NCBI RefSeq assembly: GCF_001194135.2
Contig: NC_068984.1
Location: forward strand, 73,301,202-73,339,955
Direction of reading: 5' to 3'
Source of the DNA: Octopus bimaculoides
Taxonomy: Eukaryota
Length of the DNA: 38,754 bases
Shown here in pieces: positions 23,401 to 35,085 of the stretch. The notes under the pieces were generated by a model. It saw only the letters and a program-made list of their open reading frames with translations. It searched no databases and had not been told where the DNA came from. A program made the translations under genes and the position numbers. Within the stretch, counting starts at the first letter, position 1. Each line of letters begins with the position of its first letter.

Positions 23401-23762
23401 TCGACAGTCTCGGAGGCTCTTGCTTTGGCAGTGGCAGCAGCATTCTTTGAATTGCGTATTGCTCGTTGTTCAGCTGTCTCAGTTGCTCTTGCATTGGCAG
23501 TGGCAGCAGCGTTTTTTGAATTGCGAGCAGATCGAGCTGAGCTCGTTTCTTGAAAATGCACCGAACGGTCGTACGACCTCCTCCTTTGTAATCGCATGGC
23601 TCTTTCGTCGTCCCTTTCAGTGACTCTCCTGCTCAAAGCATGCAAAGAGGTCTGAGCCAATCGCAAATTACTTTCGTCAGAAGTCTCATTGACCCTTCTA
23701 GCCCTCTGTGCCAACGCAGCCGCCGTTCGACGCCCGAGACAGATTCTTTTCTTAGGTGGCAT
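20416..23762 (-). pseudogene. Helitron RepHel transposase with at least 4 frameshifts and an in-frame helicase deletion
   Basis: Start MPPKKR at 23762. Zn motif CKHCNAKKW..MCCSNGKV. Rep motif 1 DLFITFTCNPKW, HUH motif QKRGNPHAHIL, GYPLYRRR, catalytic KYICKY (21367-21381). PIF1-type C-terminal motifs EFLNSL...LPPH.LRLRVG.PIILIRNL...CNGTRL. Frameshifts near 22560, 22390, 22145 and 21590. Confidence 0.95.
23205..23687 (-). repeat. Seven in-frame 69-bp (23-aa) coding repeats in the RepHel N-terminus
   Basis: The GAATTGCG-like anchor recurs at 23311, 23380, 23449 and 23518 (69-bp period). Units begin with ET/ER every 23 aa. Confidence 0.9.
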
Positions 23763-23818
23763 TTTGTAAATTGGGAGAGAGAGAAAATGAATAAAATAAT
23801 AAAATAAAATAAAATAGA

Positions 23819-24320
23819 TTAAGAATGCAGACTCTCTACGTAAGAAATATGCTACAAAACCCTGTTTTTGAAACAATGGAAAAATATGATTAAATAGAGG
23901 CACAAATGAAGCTGGTTTTCACACACGGACAACGTTACGCGGTCGTTTTCAATGAAGAGTAACTTGTTTCGTCAAACAAACAGCTGAAAAATAAAGCAAA
24001 ATGCAACAGAATAGAATGAAATTGAAATATATAATAAAATTTTAAAATTAAGAATGCAGATTCCCTACGTAAGAAATATGCTACAAAACCCCGTTTTTGA
24101 AACAATGGGGAAATATGAGTAAATAAAGGCACAAATGAAGCTGAAGTTGCGGTTCTGATGAACGAAAGATCAGCAATGAGAACAAAACTATTTTCAAACA
24201 CAGACAACGTTACGCGATCGTTTTCAATGAAGAGTAACTTGTTTCGTCAAACAAACAGCTGAAAAATAAAGCAAAACGCAACAGAATAGAATGAAATTGA
24301 AATATATAATAAAATTAAAA
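23819..24320. repeat. Two-copy tandem repeat (229 bp and about 273 bp) upstream of the RepHel ATG
   Basis: Copies start at 23819 and 24048 (TTAAGAATGCAGA). Copy 2 has about 43 extra bp. Confidence 0.92.
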
Positions 24321-24690
24321 AATTCCCTTTCAATTTTTGAATGATTAGCATTTAACGCCAAGCTATTACTGTCTAATTACTAATGATAAATTTTTTTTCT
24401 GTCTTCCAGAAATATCAGTCATAAAATATTTAAAAATAAGAGAATATGGAGAAATAGGAAACATAGATGAACGTACATACATGTAAGCATACGTACTGCA
24501 TACATACATAGATTCATACATATCTACATTTATACATGCATACATACATTTATATGTACAATATACAATACTTACATATAATCATATAAATATATGGTTC
24601 ATTTCTAGAACAAAATCTATTAAACAATGGTGGAGAACTATTCTATTTGTTCATATAAATCTAATGAACTCATATGTGTGTGTGGGATGT

Positions 24691-24723
<33 letters not shown>

Positions 24724-24811
24724 CATATATATACATACATATAAACATAGATGCACACATATGTATACTCATATGTATACACTACATACACACACACACA
24801 CACGTATGTGT

Positions 24812-24878
<67 letters not shown>

Positions 24879-25982
24879 ATTGGAAAAACTATGCAGCATT
24901 ACAAATCATTTTACGTGAAGTTTTTTGTTACTCTATCATAATTTGGTTTCGTATTTTTGTGTTTAGTCTGTGATATTTATTGGAAGGAGTGGGATTCTCA
25001 GTTAGTTGTTCAAAAACTAAAATACGATATCTATTTAGACTTTATTTAGAATTTTCTTTCCCCAGACATTGAGTCGAATATTTCAAACAAAATGTTCGAA
25101 TGATTGAAATATAACCGAATCGTTACTCACTACTTTTATTATATAGCAATCACTGGGTTGGATTGACAATATATAATGTGGTGAATGGAGAGATTAATTT
25201 GTATCTGATCCAGTCAGAGATCTGCTATTGTTCATATTTAGCCTAAGATGAGCTATAATCAGACACACCCATTATCGAAGGCGTTCCAACTAGAATCATC
25301 ATGTTCTTCTGTATATCATGACCTACATTGTAGAATATTTGCCAACTTTTCTTTAAGAGTAAAGTGCATTGTTTTAAGGAGATTGACTATTTTTTGCAAG
25401 TGGTATGCCAACGTAAAGTATTTCTTCGTTGGTTCTCATAAAAGAATTGATATAAACTCCAGAAACTCACTTGCATACAATTTATCATCCGTATCTCTAC
25501 ACTTCAGTATACCGATAATGTGTCTAACTATGAAATCCATTGCAACATCATTGGTAATAAAGTACGTAACTCATAGGAATATATTTGCATATAGGTTTCA
25601 TGTATGTGATATTTCGACCTAAAATAACAAAGCTTGAAAAAGAAAACTTCAACTCAATGCTGGATCAGGGCTGCCTGACCTAAATAACAATAAGAATTTC
25701 AGAAACAACAAAAACAAGGTTTTGCCTGTATCCAACATTCGAACACCCTATCAAATTTTCCTGCCTATATGTCTCCTCTTCTCGTTTGTCTGCTTTTCCA
25801 TCGGTTGCATCCTATCAGCATTATTGTCACGTTTGTTAACGGAGCCCTTTCTCTTCCTCATTCTACGGTTTCAGGTGCACTCCTACATTCAGTGTTGTCC
25901 CAACATCAACGACTTATTTGCCACTCTATCCAACAACAACTATTCATAAGTAGATGGCATCTCTCTATTTCTTAAAATTTTC

Positions 25983-26029
25983 CAAATTACATATTCCAAG
26001 GCACAACACAAATTACATATTCCAAGGCA
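25983..26029. repeat. 21-bp perfect direct repeat, 26-bp period
   Basis: CAAATTACATATTCCAAGGCA at 25983 and 26009. Confidence 0.9.
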
Positions 26030-27300
26030 AAAATTCATGAAGAGAAATATCTAACGCATCCTCCACTGCTGATATACCAATCTTCCCTCTTTTAATCGTG
26101 AGCAGTACTCAGCTAGAGCCCACAAATTCACTCTTATTGTTTTGATTCACTATCGTCGAATACCTCTCCTTGTGAATGCACTTCCTGAACATAGCTAGAA
26201 TCACATTTCCACATAGACTGGCCCCTCGCTTCAGGGTCAGATTATACTTCAGGTTCCGTCTATTACTTTATAAAGCTTGGGTGAAGCGCATAATGTGGTA
26301 TTGTTGTGATAGACTGATGATAATACTAATTCTCATACAAGCACCGTAAACCACATGCAGAAAAGAATCACCCAACTGATTTTCATAAAGTTCTTCAAAG
26401 ACACTCTTCAATATATAGATCACAGCCGCGTTATCTCATCTCTCTGCCTTTTCGGCTAATACTATAATAGTCTCAGTTTCTTGGAGCTGGCTTCAATTGT
26501 TAGTACATGATATGTGAAACCCCTTAAAAAGTTATTCTATGAAGTAGTGGAAAGTTAGAATTTGGAAAACGACTACCACATAACCAAAAGAATCGATACA
26601 CGGGTTGTATTCATGGTAACTTAGCGAAACTGAAAATGTGTTCAATTCTGAGAAGAGAAAGCAACTGAAGTGAAGTAATGGAGGTAGGTATCAAGTAAAT
26701 GAAGGCATTACTAGCTTTGATCTAGCCAAAAGACAGCATGTACAGTTAAAATGTACTTTCAGAAAGGGAGGTACTATCATAGATGCCCCAGAGGAGAATC
26801 AAAATTGGAAATAAAGTCTTTGTGATCGATATACCTTGTCAAAAGCTGGCTACACAGTCAACATGAATTCATACAGTAGCATCCGAAATCAAGATGCATC
26901 TAACAATGGTTTGCCATCATATATATGGTTACAAGCCCAGATTAGAATGCAGAAAAATCTATTGAAGTAACCCTGGGCCGAAAAGGTGCATGAAATTATG
27001 TAAGATAAGTATACCTCAGCTAAAATATATAAACCTTGCAAAAATCTTCATTCTTTTCTGTCACATATGTTTGAAGCCTTGTAGATCAGTTGTTGATCTT
27101 ATGAATCATCTCAGTGCACACAGTCGTAATGGAGATTCTCGGGACGATGTAGGTTAATTGAGATGGCTAACATCTGTCAAGATGAAGTGAATATATCTAC
27201 ACACACACCCATATAAATGTATATATATATCTATAGGTATATGTGTGAGTGTGTGTGTGTGTGTGTACATTCGTGTACACATGTTTATGTATGTATAAAT

Positions 27301-27397
<97 letters not shown>

Positions 27398-27671
27398 CTT
27401 ATATATATATCTATCCAGACACACACACACACACACACAAAGAAAGTAAGTCGTCAGTTCTAATGCATCGTATAAACTTTTTCGCCATCTTTTCATTGAC
27501 TTCTTGTGTCATAATCATACATTCTTTTCTTTTCTTTTCATTTTTTGTTCTTCTTCCAACAAGAGAACAATGTACATTTTCTCACAAATGATAACAACAA
27601 CAACAACAAAAAAAAAAGAAAATTTATCTAATTTTCTTGTGTAGATTTTTTTTTGTTTTTAGTGTTTACAG

Positions 27672-27720
27672 ACAAGGCTAGAAGTGGCTATTGGTGCTGG
27701 TGGGAAAAGTTGGATTACTG
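27672..27720 (+). CDS. Candidate micro-exon (49 nt) of an unidentified gene
   Basis: Long T-rich tract with tacAG, donor TG|GTaacc, GC-richer. Two frames are open: TRLEVAIGAGGKSWIT and DKARSGYWCWWEKLDY. Confidence 0.25.
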
Positions 27721-28255
27721 GTAACCAAGGCGAAAATACATTTAAAAATGTCTGACTCTTTAAATATTTATGTACGTAGATGATGATTTTCAGATGTTAT
27801 TTTAGTTCATTTTTATCAAGCAGCTATGTTGGCATATATCAATCAAGCGGAAATTATGTGAAATACAAGCGAACTATTGCAATTTCTTGTAGTTCAGTAA
27901 ACATTTTGAAAATCGTCCTACCAATTGTAAGTGGTTCTTGGAAGGAAGTTAGAAAGGGTTAGGGATGTTGGAGAAATGAATCTGAACGCGCATGCGCGCG
28001 TACACACACACACACACACACACACATGCACACACAAACACACGCGCACACACGAACACACATGCACACTTACAACACGTACATGTTTTTGTAAACATAC
28101 GTGCACACATTTATATATGAATAAACATATAACTATCTATATATATATACAAATAATACGTGTCTATATATGCATGTTTGAGCGTGTTTGCATGTGCATA
28201 CGCGCAGGTTCGCGAGTGAATAGTGAAAGTATATAACGGTATATGAAGACACGTC

Positions 28256-28291
<36 letters not shown>

Positions 28292-28467
28292 CATACATAC
28301 ATACATACATACATACATACATACATACATACATACACACATAAACAGACAGGCAGGAAAGCAGGCAGACAAACAGAAAAAAAAGACAGACAGATGGGCG
28401 GATGGACGGACGGACGGGCGGAAGGACGGGCGGACGGACGGACGGACAGGCAGACAGACAGACAGAC

Positions 28468-28525
<58 letters not shown>

Positions 28526-28795
28526 GCTGTCAGACAGGCAGGCAAGCAGACAGGTAGACAGACAGGCAGAAAGACAGACAGACAGCAGACAGACAGACTA
28601 TTAGACAAACAGAGAGAGATAGAAAGAGATAAAGTTACACATATAAATATGTGTAAATTAATGCATATAAATATGCATGCCTGTATGTGTGCATGTGTAT
28701 GTGTGTTTATGTGTGTGTGTGACTGATTTAAATATATATAACTGAATAAGTATGTATAGATATATGAATCTGTATATGTATGAATACGTCTATAT

Positions 28796-28917
28796 NNNNN
28801 NNNNNNNNNNNNNNNNNNNNNNNNNNNNNNNNNNNNNNNNNNNNNNNNNNNNNNNNNNNNNNNNNNNNNNNNNNNNNNNNNNNNNNNNNNNNNNNNNNNN
28901 NNNNNNNNNNNNNNNNN
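28796..28917. other. Assembly gap
   Basis: N run. Confidence 1.
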
Positions 28918-29508
28918 ATATATATATATATATATATATATACTCTCTGTATGTACGTGAGTGTGTGTTTATTTGTGTACGTATATGGGAATCATCGGGT
29001 GTATGTATATACCCATGTGATGGCTCGATGTAGGTGTGTACTTAAAAAGTTAGTGATTTGTCGGCGTGTTATCTCTGCGCATTACCATCTCGTGTGTGCA
29101 TCTACTAATTCAATTCAGTTTATTGGATTTTAGTTCTGGTGTTATGAAAGCATTGAATGTGTGAATACATACACGAGTACATGTGTGCATATGTGTGATC
29201 ATGTGTGCTTTTATATATATACACACACACACATATGTGTGTGTGTGTGTCAATAAGTGCGTTACTGTGTGCGCTTGTGTGTGTTTGTAAGTATGTTTGT
29301 GTAAATTCAATTCAATTTATCGATCTATTATATAAACACAAATACATCGAAATTGTATATGTATGCCTAAAATCTGAAAATATGGGCTTACATGTATGTA
29401 TGTTTGTATATATGTATTTATGTATTCGTTGGATGAATATATATTTGTGTGTGTGTGTGCATGTGTGTACGTGCGTATGTGTGTATGTATATATCTATAC
29501 ACATGAGA

Positions 29509-29819
29509 ATATATACACATATTTTATATCTATACATGCTTTTATGTGTAAATATGTGTGTGTGTGTGTGTGTGTGTGAATGTGTGTTTATATTCTATAT
29601 ACGTAGACAAATATGTACGTACATACATATATGTATACAGGCATTATGCATGTATGTATGTATATATGTACGTATGTATGTAGGTGTGTATGTTTAGGGA
29701 TTTATGTGACTTTGTGAGTGTATAAATACGTTTGCGGTTTCAATATGCAGACAATTTTCTTTACCAGTGAGTATATATACACATATTTTATATCTATACA
29801 CGTATGTATGTGTAAATAT

Positions 29820-29852
<33 letters not shown>

Positions 29853-30057
29853 TTGTATGTATGCACGTATGTATGTATGTGTGTGAATGTATGCATATAT
29901 TCTATATACGTAGACGTGTATATATGCGTTCATACATATATGTATACAGGTATTACGTATGTATGTATGTATGTGGGAGTGTATGTTGAGGGATTTGTGT
30001 AACTGTGAGTGTACAAATATATATGCGGTTTCAATATGCAGACATTTTTGTTTACCA
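29509..30057. repeat. Diverged tandem duplication of an approximately 264-285 bp microsatellite-containing unit
   Basis: The anchors ATATATACACATATTTTATATCTATAC (29509, 29773), ATATTCTATATACGTAGAC and GCGGTTTCAATATGCAGACA each occur twice in the same order. Confidence 0.85.
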
Positions 30058-30909
30058 AACGTGTGAGTGGTTGTAATATGTAGGCATAAGGGTGTGCGTG
30101 TGTGTATGTGTGAGGGGGTGCATGTGGGGGTGGGGTGCGTGTGTGTGTGTTTGAGTGTGTGTGTGTGCGTGTGTGTGTGTGCGTGTGTGTGTGTGTTTGT
30201 GTCTGTGTGTGTGTGTGTGGGTGTGGGTGTGTGTGTGGGGGGCGTGTGTGTGTGTGTGTGTGTGTGTATGTGTTTTCACTTCTCTGTAGTAATGTGTTTC
30301 AGTGTTTGTACTTACGTCAAAGTTTTTGTGTACACATTTCCAATATCTGCATAAGTGATAGTCTCCATGGGCGTTTCTCTTTGTGTGTATATATAATTTA
30401 AATATATGTGAGTGTATGCGTATATATATACGTTATGCTTACATATACATACGTGTGTATGTTTGTATCTATGTATGTATGTATGTATGCATGTATGTAT
30501 GTATGCATGTACGTATGTATGTATGTATGTATGCATGTATGTATGCATGCATGTATGTATGTATGTATGTATGTATGCTTATGTGTGTATGTATGTATGT
30601 ATGTATGTATGTATGTATGTATGTATGTATGCTTATGTGTGTATGTATGTATGTATGTATGTATACGGCTTTCGTTTTTTAACTGATGCCGGTCCCGGTT
30701 TGCCTAAGATTCCTTTTGTATAAATACTTATTTCTAGATATGTGGTTATATGTGTGTTTCTACGTGTGTGCTTGTAACTATGTGGTTTTGCAAGAGTGCG
30801 TTAAATTTACGTATTGTTACAGCATCGTATGTCAGTATGTCTGGATATATAATCGCGTGTGAGTGACTGTGTGTTTGTTTGAGTGTGTGTCTGTGTGTAT
30901 GAGTGTGCG

Positions 30910-30979
<70 letters not shown>

Positions 30980-31129
30980 TTCTTCAGGAAAATATTCACA
31001 TGCACCATACACGCATATATGCTCGTGTGCATGTATACATACGAACACGCATACACACATATGCACATACAGATTAATATATATTCATATGTTCGTTTGT
31101 TTCATATATATACATATGTGTGTGCGTAC

Positions 31130-31172
<43 letters not shown>

Positions 31173-31411
31173 CACATAAATTCAGATATGTATGTATCTG
31201 TCTCTATATGTTTATATTTGTTATACATTATACATGTTATATGATATACATATATATACATATATATACATATATATATACACACACACACACGAATGTA
31301 TATCAATGTGTTCGTGTGCCTATGTGCACATTTTATTATGTTATGTACGAATAGGTGCGTATGTCTGCTCGTATGTATGCACACACACGCTCACACACAC
31401 ACACACACACG

Positions 31412-31496
<85 letters not shown>

Positions 31497-32349
31497 GCGT
31501 ATAATGCATGTACCTCTTTGCCGGAGTAGATCTCAGTAGAAACGTAAATGTGTGTCTTATGCATGTGCACAAGTATTTTTTAGTATGGGTATTTGTAAAT
31601 ATGGTAGTGTGTTTATCTATAACAATTTTCCTGTGTTTATTCTCTTTAAAGTCTTTCTACTCCCAAAGGAAAAATATACTCTTATCTATGGTAGCCTGTC
31701 ATCTCTATTTTACGCCTTACTGAGCTAAATTCCATCATTTTCTAACGCGCGATATTTTTTTTCTCCTGAATGTCTCTCTCATATTTCCCGTCTCGCCTTC
31801 AATCTATCAGTGTGGAAGCCATAATATCAGAATGAACATTACACTCTACTGGACTAAATTTCTCGAACCACTGAGAACAACGTTCAACATACTACTTTAA
31901 AGGTTCCCCTTTTGATTATACAGTATATTCGACGCAGCCGTATCTGAGTACTTATGCACTTCGCTTGGTAATTCTGTAGTTTCGGTTTCGATTCTACAGA
32001 GTGGTATTTTGATCAAGAGATTTCTGCACATAGCCTCATGTTTTGATCTAATCGTTGAGAATAAAACTTGTTGACAGAGTCTTTGTGGATGGCCATCAGA
32101 AGACAGTTACTCGTCTTAGACACTAGATTTATTTTATCTACCCTATTTGACTCCACCTCCTGAGCGTTTTGATCCTATTCTACTCCAAATATTCCAAATA
32201 GATGACATTTCTAAGGATTAATTTCCTCTCAGCCATCTCACAGATTCTGAAAAGGATCATTGCCTCTTCTCTTCCTCTAAGAGAACCCTTTAAAGATTTC
32301 ATATAGAGAGCAGTGTTTCACCACAACTTTCTCTCTCTCTATCTTCCTG

Positions 32350-32545
32350 CTTCTGTTGTACCTGCATTTCAAAGGGCCAGCCTTGTCACACTCTGTGTCA
32401 CGCTGAATCTCCCCCGAGAACTACGTTAAGGGTACACGTATCTGTGGAGTGCTCAGCCACTTACACTTTAATTTCACGAGCAGGCTGTTCCGTTGATCGG
32501 ATCAACTGGAACCCTTGTCATCGTAACCGACGGAGTGCCAACAAG
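32350..32545 (+). mobile_element. Interspersed repeat, probably a SINE body or LINE-related tail
   Basis: GC-richer island (GGGCCAGCCTTGTCACACTCTGTGTCACGCTGAATC...GTAACCGACGGAGTGCC) recalled as an abundant octopus repeat. No second copy in this window. Confidence 0.5.
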
Positions 32546-32714
32546 GTTTCAATGAAGATTTTTGTCGAAAGTTTTGAAACATTAGAAGACACTTTAGTGA
32601 GATGGACAGGCCTTGTCTCATCGTGCTATCCTCAACATTATATCATTGTATTTAAATGATATCTATTTTTACTATAGGCACATTGCCTAAAATTTTGCCA
32701 GAAGAAATTATTCG

Positions 32715-32830
32715 GGATTACTTCTATCCCAATACTTGACTGATACTTATTTTATCAAATTTGAATTCAGAACGTAAAGACGGACGAAACGCCGCTAAGC
32801 ATTTTATTCGGCGTGCTAATAGTTTTACCA
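32715..32830 (-). mobile_element. Family-A SINE with the central domain deleted
   Basis: Reverse complement reads TTAGCACGCCGAATAAAATGCTTAGCGGCG...TTCAAATTT joined directly to GATAAAATAAGTATCAG. Confidence 0.7.
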
Positions 32831-33050
32831 TTTCGACACCTAATTGTATTTAGATAATATCTACAGCAACATTGATTAATACAAAGTGAGTCAACGAAAA
32901 ATCTGTACCGTTCCACTGCTAGAAATAGCAACACAATCGGCTCAAACTGCAGCTTTAACAACTTCAAAGTAAAGACGCGGTCGGTACAGTAAATGAATTC
33001 ATGCAGTTGTTTTAGATATAAGATAAACTACAATAAAAACATTAAAAGAA

Positions 33051-33182
33051 ACTAGAAAAGCACCCGGAGAGCGCAGACCTCCGCCAAGAAGCTCATTTCC
33101 ACCCTTATATACGCATGCTGAAAATCTCCTAAATTTCCTGAACCAACGCCGGCAAAAATATAACTTCCTTGGCGGGGTTTTA
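33051..33182 (-). mobile_element. Short Helentron-type non-autonomous element (HINE-like)
   Basis: Subterminal inverted repeats CCTCCGCCAAG (33078-33088) and CTTGGCGGGG (33168-33177). The minus strand ends with a GC hairpin GCGCTCTCCGGGTGC, then TTTTCTAG|T. Confidence 0.65.
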
Positions 33183-33769
33183 AAAAAAATAACACAGCCA
33201 TATGATTTAAAGAGAAAAAAAATCTAAAAACAGGAATCATCTGAAGTTATAATACATCGATGACAACAACAAGCTAGTTTGAGTGATACACACACAACAT
33301 CATGGTCGGAAAAGTAACAGTCGGTTACGGTGATTTGTGAACGCTGATTTGGTTCACGTAAACATGATATAGCAGGCTTCCATAGTCGGTGGTGAGGTTT
33401 TGGACTAATTGGTCGAACCCAAACTGATTCATTGTTGTCAAGATCTCATGGTTAGGGGAATCAAGGAGATCCACGTTGAAATACACCAAGGATGATGACC
33501 AGATGATTCCTTGGCAAAGATAAAAGAGGTGTCTGTCTTCTAACGAAACTAAACCGACCTACCTACCTTACATTCCTCTGTGGTCAGTATAGTATCAATC
33601 ATCCTTCAAGAGTCCATAGATAAGCGAGAAATATTACTAATAGAGAAACGAAAATAAAACTTTGGAAACAGCAACGCCACCATAGGTTACATGGAAACGA
33701 TGAACGTGTTTCCAAGGGAGATAATCAAAGATCGTAACATTGTAATGCTTCATGTATAATAAATACAAC

Positions 33770-33978
33770 AAATGAAAAATCCTTCAAGAATCAACAAAAA
33801 TTCCCGGATCACTACCAAAATTTCATTATCTATTCCTTGTCTCGTGCCATTACCAACTTTTCCTGCAACTTTCATTAAATACCATTCACAACTTTTTGAG
33901 TTATTTTGCACACAGACGGATAGACGGACAAACCAACGACAATGAAAACATGTCCTCCTTCCTTGGCAGAGGTAATAA
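33770..33978 (-). mobile_element. Partial second HINE-like copy (5' end)
   Basis: The minus strand starts TTATTACCTCTGCCAAGGAAGGAGG (subTIR plus short palindrome), followed by a GTCC/GTCT-type tract and body. Confidence 0.55.
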
Positions 33979-34149
33979 AGGCAGCGTGATCAAGCTGACA
34001 TGAAACCTTCAACATTACATCTCAATGACTAGCCTAGCTCTCAGTACCTATTAATATTCAACAAATTTAAGAACTAAAACGGAGATTCTATTGTCAGTGT
34101 TTCTACCACTTACACAGACAACCTAGAAAGACCACTCGACTGGTTAGCA

Positions 34150-34280
34150 CGAAATCGCCAATCAGTACATCAGCCCCTGTCCATAGACGACCTGTCTCTC
34201 CTATCTATCTTTCCTACGAGTGTTACGGTTACATCTGTCCCTGAGAGCTGACTGATCTAGTTCCACTTCCACTCAATCAA
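34150..34280 (+). mobile_element. Very degenerate CR1/L2-group LINE 3' fragment
   Basis: With one frameshift it reads PLS(H)RRPVSPIYLSYECYGYICP*ELTDLVPLP, resembling the PLSHRR..SLFYRY..G.CS.EL..LVP terminus of these LINEs. Confidence 0.45.
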
Positions 34281-34381
34281 CTGCTTCTGACACATTATTT
34301 ACTCTTCTTCTTGTCGTCCTTTAGTAATGTCCAATAACATCAGCTCTCTGGAATTCATTGTCATTTTATTTTTAAATTCAG

Positions 34382-34467
34382 TTGTGCCGCCATCGGCTTT
34401 CAACTTTCTGAAAGGATCATTACCCGTGTCGATCCCACTGTTCTCTGGAAGTCTGCAATGGCCATAT
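34382..34467 (+). CDS. Candidate exon (CAAIGFQLSERIITRVDPTVLWKSAMAI, or VPPSAFNFLKGSLPVSIPLFSGSLQWPY in another frame)
   Basis: Strong acceptor attttatttttaaattcAG, GC-rich open segment, weak donor GTatat. Confidence 0.2.
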
Positions 34468-34844
34468 GTATATAGCCTCCCCCTTGAGACCAAACCATAA
34501 TTGCCTGGAACAACTTTGATCGTATATCTCTTCGATCAATGTTGACCTGAGATTTATCAACAATAAAAGCAACGGTGACAACCACAACAGCAACAACAAC
34601 GGCAACATTAACGTCAATTCAATTTCTAATCAATATAGATTCTGGTGTTTACTGCCTTACCATTTCTTAATAGGAATATTCATTAATGCTAATTAGTTTT
34701 CTATTCATTACGTGGCTAAACAACAACATGCATCAAGCATACAATAGTTACTCTGCTTAAGGCTTATAAATGTATTGATTTTGTTGTTCTTTAACTCTCA
34801 CTTCAGCTCTTACTGTACATATAAACACAGACGCACAGTTATAC

Positions 34845-34916
34845 AATATGTAATACATATATGTGTGTGTGTGCCGTATGTGTGTCCATGTGTGTGCGCG
34901 TGTGCATGTGTGTGTG

Positions 34917-34985
<69 letters not shown>

Positions 34986-35085
34986 ATGTATATGTATATA
35001 TGTATGTGTGTGCGTATACATGTATGTATATATTTATTTGTATATGTGTATGTGCGTGTGTGGATGTACGTATACATATGTACAG
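34845..35085. repeat. (TG)n/(TA)n microsatellite field
   Basis: Directly visible. Confidence 0.95.

Larger units (their letters stand above)
20416..24320 (-). mobile_element. Helitron (Rep/Helicase type), defective; exact termini not determined
   Basis: Rep/Hel coding region 23762-20416, plus an AT-rich 5' region with a 229/273-bp tandem duplication. Confidence 0.92.
27983..31500. repeat. Extended low-complexity field of (CA)n/(TG)n, (AGAT)n, (ACAT)n, (GGAC)n, (AGAC)n and (AT)n
   Basis: Directly visible. Includes the gap 28796-28917. Confidence 0.95.

Noticed and set aside
20751-23623. Plus-strand and alternative-frame ORFs inside the Helitron (e.g. 20896-21615, 23293-23553)
   Set aside because: Antisense or out-of-frame shadows of RepHel with no independent motifs.
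23763-23903. N-terminal extension of ORF 22476-23903
   Set aside because: It reads through the AT-rich upstream tandem repeat. MPPKKR at 23762 is the plausible start.
23819-24320. Repeat structure superficially like a CRISPR array
   Set aside because: Two long units with no repeat-spacer architecture, eukaryotic context and no cas genes.
25700-27000. Possible LINE remnant (GISAVED, minus strand) and Gypsy integrase remnant (KIGNKVFV, plus strand)
   Set aside because: Only 6-8-residue resemblances in heavily interrupted frames.
27154-31572. Numerous CV/YI/HT/MYVC-repeat ORFs
   Set aside because: Microsatellite translations.
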